Shown in pieces: positions 17,801-19,187 of a stretch of DNA of 19,187 nucleotides. The notes beneath the pieces are model-generated. The model worked only from the letters and a program-made list of their open reading frames with translations, was not told the DNA's origin and did no database searches. Source of the DNA: Candidatus Calescibacterium sp. (GTDB taxonomy: Bacteria > Calescibacteriota > Calescibacteriia > Calescibacteriales > Calescibacteriaceae); NCBI GenBank assembly GCA_032249135.1, contig JAVVGL010000032.1, forward strand, positions 1 through 19,187. The letters are read 5' to 3'. How positions within the stretch are numbered: position 1 is the stretch's first letter; every line of letters starts with the position of its first letter. Made by a program: the position numbers and the translations under genes.

Positions 17801-19185
17801 CTGAAACACCACCTTACATCACCAGGCAGTGAAAACTCTATTGTGCGAAGGCCTGTTCCTGTCTGCGTTGTTGAATCTGACCACCATTCATATCTTGTCC
17901 AACTTATACCATCTTGTGTCCACTCTATTGCGAACCCATCTTCATTATCTGATGCATCTTGGAACCTCACAACATATTTCGCATTCGCTCCCATAGCTTC
18001 TGAACTATAAGCAGTTATCGGCTCCAAAGAAGAAGGCGGATTTGGCGCAACAGTTACACATCTTGGAACAGTAAACGCTGAACATCCTACTGAATTACAT
18101 GCCCTCAATTTGAAACACAAAGTCTGACCCGGTTGCAAACCAGCATGGTCGTGTTGCGTTGTACCTGCTTGGAAACCGATTCGCGGACTACCATAATCAT
18201 AATGCGGAGTATCATCTGTAAATGGTCCGGAAGGAGACGGAGCTGATACAAGCTGATAATAGTCTTCATCTGGATTTGAAACATCCTCCCACACAACACG
18301 AGCTATATCCGGTGGAACAAATATAACATCAAATCCTGACGGAACAGGTGGAACTCCTCCTACCCTCACTGCTATATCATCTACTTCATCATATGAGCCC
18401 CCGGGACACCCAGATGGTAATGGAGGCGAACTTGACCCACTTACAACCGCTCTTATAACATACCATGTAGCAAAATTAGGTGTGAAAGTAAATGTTTTAT
18501 CTTCCACACGATTTGAACCAGAGCAAGCCTGAGATCCCACTGCATTCCACGAAATCGTTGATATTCCTGATGTCAATAAATGAACATAGTCACCAGTTGA
18601 ACTGCAAAATACCCTTACCGTAACTACTATTGGGTAACCTTCTTGGAAACTTGGTCTATCTGTACTCAGAGTTATCCTCTCTATGCTTCTTGATGAATAC
18701 CAGTCTCCACCTGTACCATCAAGACAAGAAGATAAGTACCATGCATTCGGTGTGTTTGACTCAGGTCTACGAGGCAGAGTATCTCTTGACACAACTAAAT
18801 CACAAGTTGAGCAGTCATTTACTCCTCCATCACATCTTGGAACTTTCCAAGTTGAATTATACACGGCACAGTTTGCGCTCACAGATGAAATTGTTGCGCA
18901 ATCCCATACAAAATCTGAACAACCATTCCCATTACATGCTCTCAAAGCATAACATCTATATGTTCCCTCAGGAAGAGGTCTATCTACATACCAAGTTGTG
19001 TTTGCGGAAAGTGGTGAAGCAGGATGAGAATTCCACTTTGAAAAATCTGGATCAAAAGTATCCGTCCATCTTAACTCATAGTTATCTTCATACTGAACAT
19101 CCGACCAAGATAAAGTTATTGCGTCTGGTGCCACACCTTCTGCGTTAAAGTTTTGTGGTGCCTGGGGAACTCCTACTATAAACAC
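14806..19185 (-). CDS. Very large secreted/surface protein (5' end outside window): FN3 repeats, Cys-rich module, PQQ-like beta-propeller and FG-GAP/VCBS repeats
   Basis: The ORF is open to the right edge. FN3 units (ITLSWSD..CYALRACNGNGCS; IKLTWQDSSTQETGFKIE..YCYRVRAE). PQQ/BamB-like repeats (IYVGTSTGYL, IYFGADDGKLY, VFVGADNNYVYA). FG-GAP/VCBS repeats (DFNGDGKLEIVV, SSPAIGDIDGDGSVEIVV, GDIDGDGTQDFVV, GDFDYDGSQEIV, GDIDGNGRLELV). Confidence 0.9.
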   Translation of the reverse strand: MFIVGVPQAPQNFNAEGVAPDAITLSWSDVQYEDNYELRWTDTFDPDFSKWNSHPASPLSANTTWYVDRPLPEGTYRCYALRACNGNGCSDFVWDCATISSVSANCAVYNSTWKVPRCDGGVNDCSTCDLVVSRDTLPRRPESNTPNAWYLSSCLDGTGGDWYSSRSIERITLSTDRPSFQEGYPIVVTVRVFCSSTGDYVHLLTSGISTISWNAVGSQACSGSNRVEDKTFTFTPNFATWYVIRAVVSGSSSPPLPSGCPGGSYDEVDDIAVRVGGVPPVPSGFDVIFVPPDIARVVWEDVSNPDEDYYQLVSAPSPSGPFTDDTPHYDYGSPRIGFQAGTTQHDHAGLQPGQTLCFKLRACNSVGCSAFTVPRCVTVAPNPPSSLEPITAYSSEAMGANAKYVVRFQDASDNEDGFAIEWTQDGISWTRYEWWSDSTTQTGTGLRTIEFSLPGDVRWCFRVASFKLNVGGSLTLSSWVGPKCVRGLKAPSHFNVDSAPNIRVMRFFWQDNSSYEVGQNFEWRLQSSSAYTQESVLGLEYYEKEFAEENVYCARITNWWNGNNSIPEEQGSYSVGYSSERCFVAMASPSPLIAEVINIGGSDAIKLTWQDSSTQETGFKIEVNTGSGWGLLTTKAPNSTTHVHSSGLVADTTYCYRVRAERTGFGASPWSNSACVRFGSPACSTIWNVDLSGGIGGSITTSAVIDDENIYVGTSTGYLISVDVMNGNIRWLKNLGSAVSSHLCASHEGQRTTIFVGTLDGKFHSVDSDGNLIGTRDLGGVVGGCAVKDGKVYLGTTTGWVFVMSKTLSILNSKQVLGAISTAPAIDAIRGSVYFVTEAGKVYAFSLDLTDKWNITISAVIKSSPGLGPKGDIYFGADDGKLYKVSPSGSVVWSYNIGSAIRSSPVVHTYGAQVTVFVGADNNYVYAISENITGTSAFLLWSYSTGSAVKSTGALSQKSVFIGSGSTLYSISIGGGSLSCWVGVLGSITAPVKMKGQIVYVGTEGGKLYAISSAEPQSSYSWVDFGNGNGRILDAHPYRGFAVEKSSWPVNVGAEILVSSKLYDFNGDGKLEIVVATGSGQVYVLNSDGTVKAGWPKSTGSAVWSSPAIGDIDGDGSVEIVVANDGGLVYAFDSAGNVKSGFPISVTCRIRFLTLANIDSDPENEILFPTFEPCNRLYAYDGKDSNGDGVADLKWYYQLSQRIRSHPVVNGSGASAEILIADVVGNVYKFDSSGNIIWTKYVGLSQWMSSPSIGDIDGDGTQDFVVGGGGTGPNKIYAYDLNGILKWSLVLLDGSGGNLSGYYPRNIVLTNIDSDSGLEVIVTAIPYTLGDPGYIYVIDDNGVMIWFKKFSSMPSFAPAVGDFDYDGSQEIVLTTDDGWLHIFDTLSGEYKYGSPYFLGSGLRGPSPVFGDIDGNGRLELVFGDLSGYVRVFELGKGTVNGRKEWYFRKNGRNNANYNE

Positions 19186-19187
19186 AA

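Noticed and set aside
18615..18625. 11-nt match (TTACCGTAACT) to the reverse complement of spacer 56-92, suggesting self-targeting
   Set aside because: Only 11 of 37 nt match and the match does not extend; expected by chance and too short for targeting.
14728..19148. Many 60-172-aa ORFs overlapping the giant gene, and similar short ORFs within eno, cca and the 1449 gene
   Set aside because: Antisense or off-frame shadows of well-supported long CDSs with no recognisable motifs.

Overview
AT-rich bacterial chromosomal window, apparently from a diderm (it encodes a beta-barrel-like protein ending in Phe). It opens with the leader-proximal end of a CRISPR array: three perfect 30-bp repeats, probably transcribed on the - strand from a near-consensus sigma70 promoter abutting the first repeat. 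No cas genes are in the window, and the leader carries unusual palindromes. Next come a putative outer-membrane beta-barrel, a 1155-aa surface protein (Asp-box propeller, three PKD-like domains, three Ig-like repeats, the last apparently split by a membrane hairpin ending in a lipobox-like Cys), a tRNA nucleotidyltransferase with CC-adding hallmarks and a PlsB-like acyltransferase. Then follow a small glycan cassette (C-terminally clipped DPM1-like GT2, SAM methyltransferase, GT2 frameshifted at a T10 tract), an SCO protein, enolase, a GT-C-like membrane protein and the 3' part of a very large FN3/PQQ-like/FG-GAP secreted protein that runs off the right edge. All calls rest on motif recognition by eye; no database searches were run.
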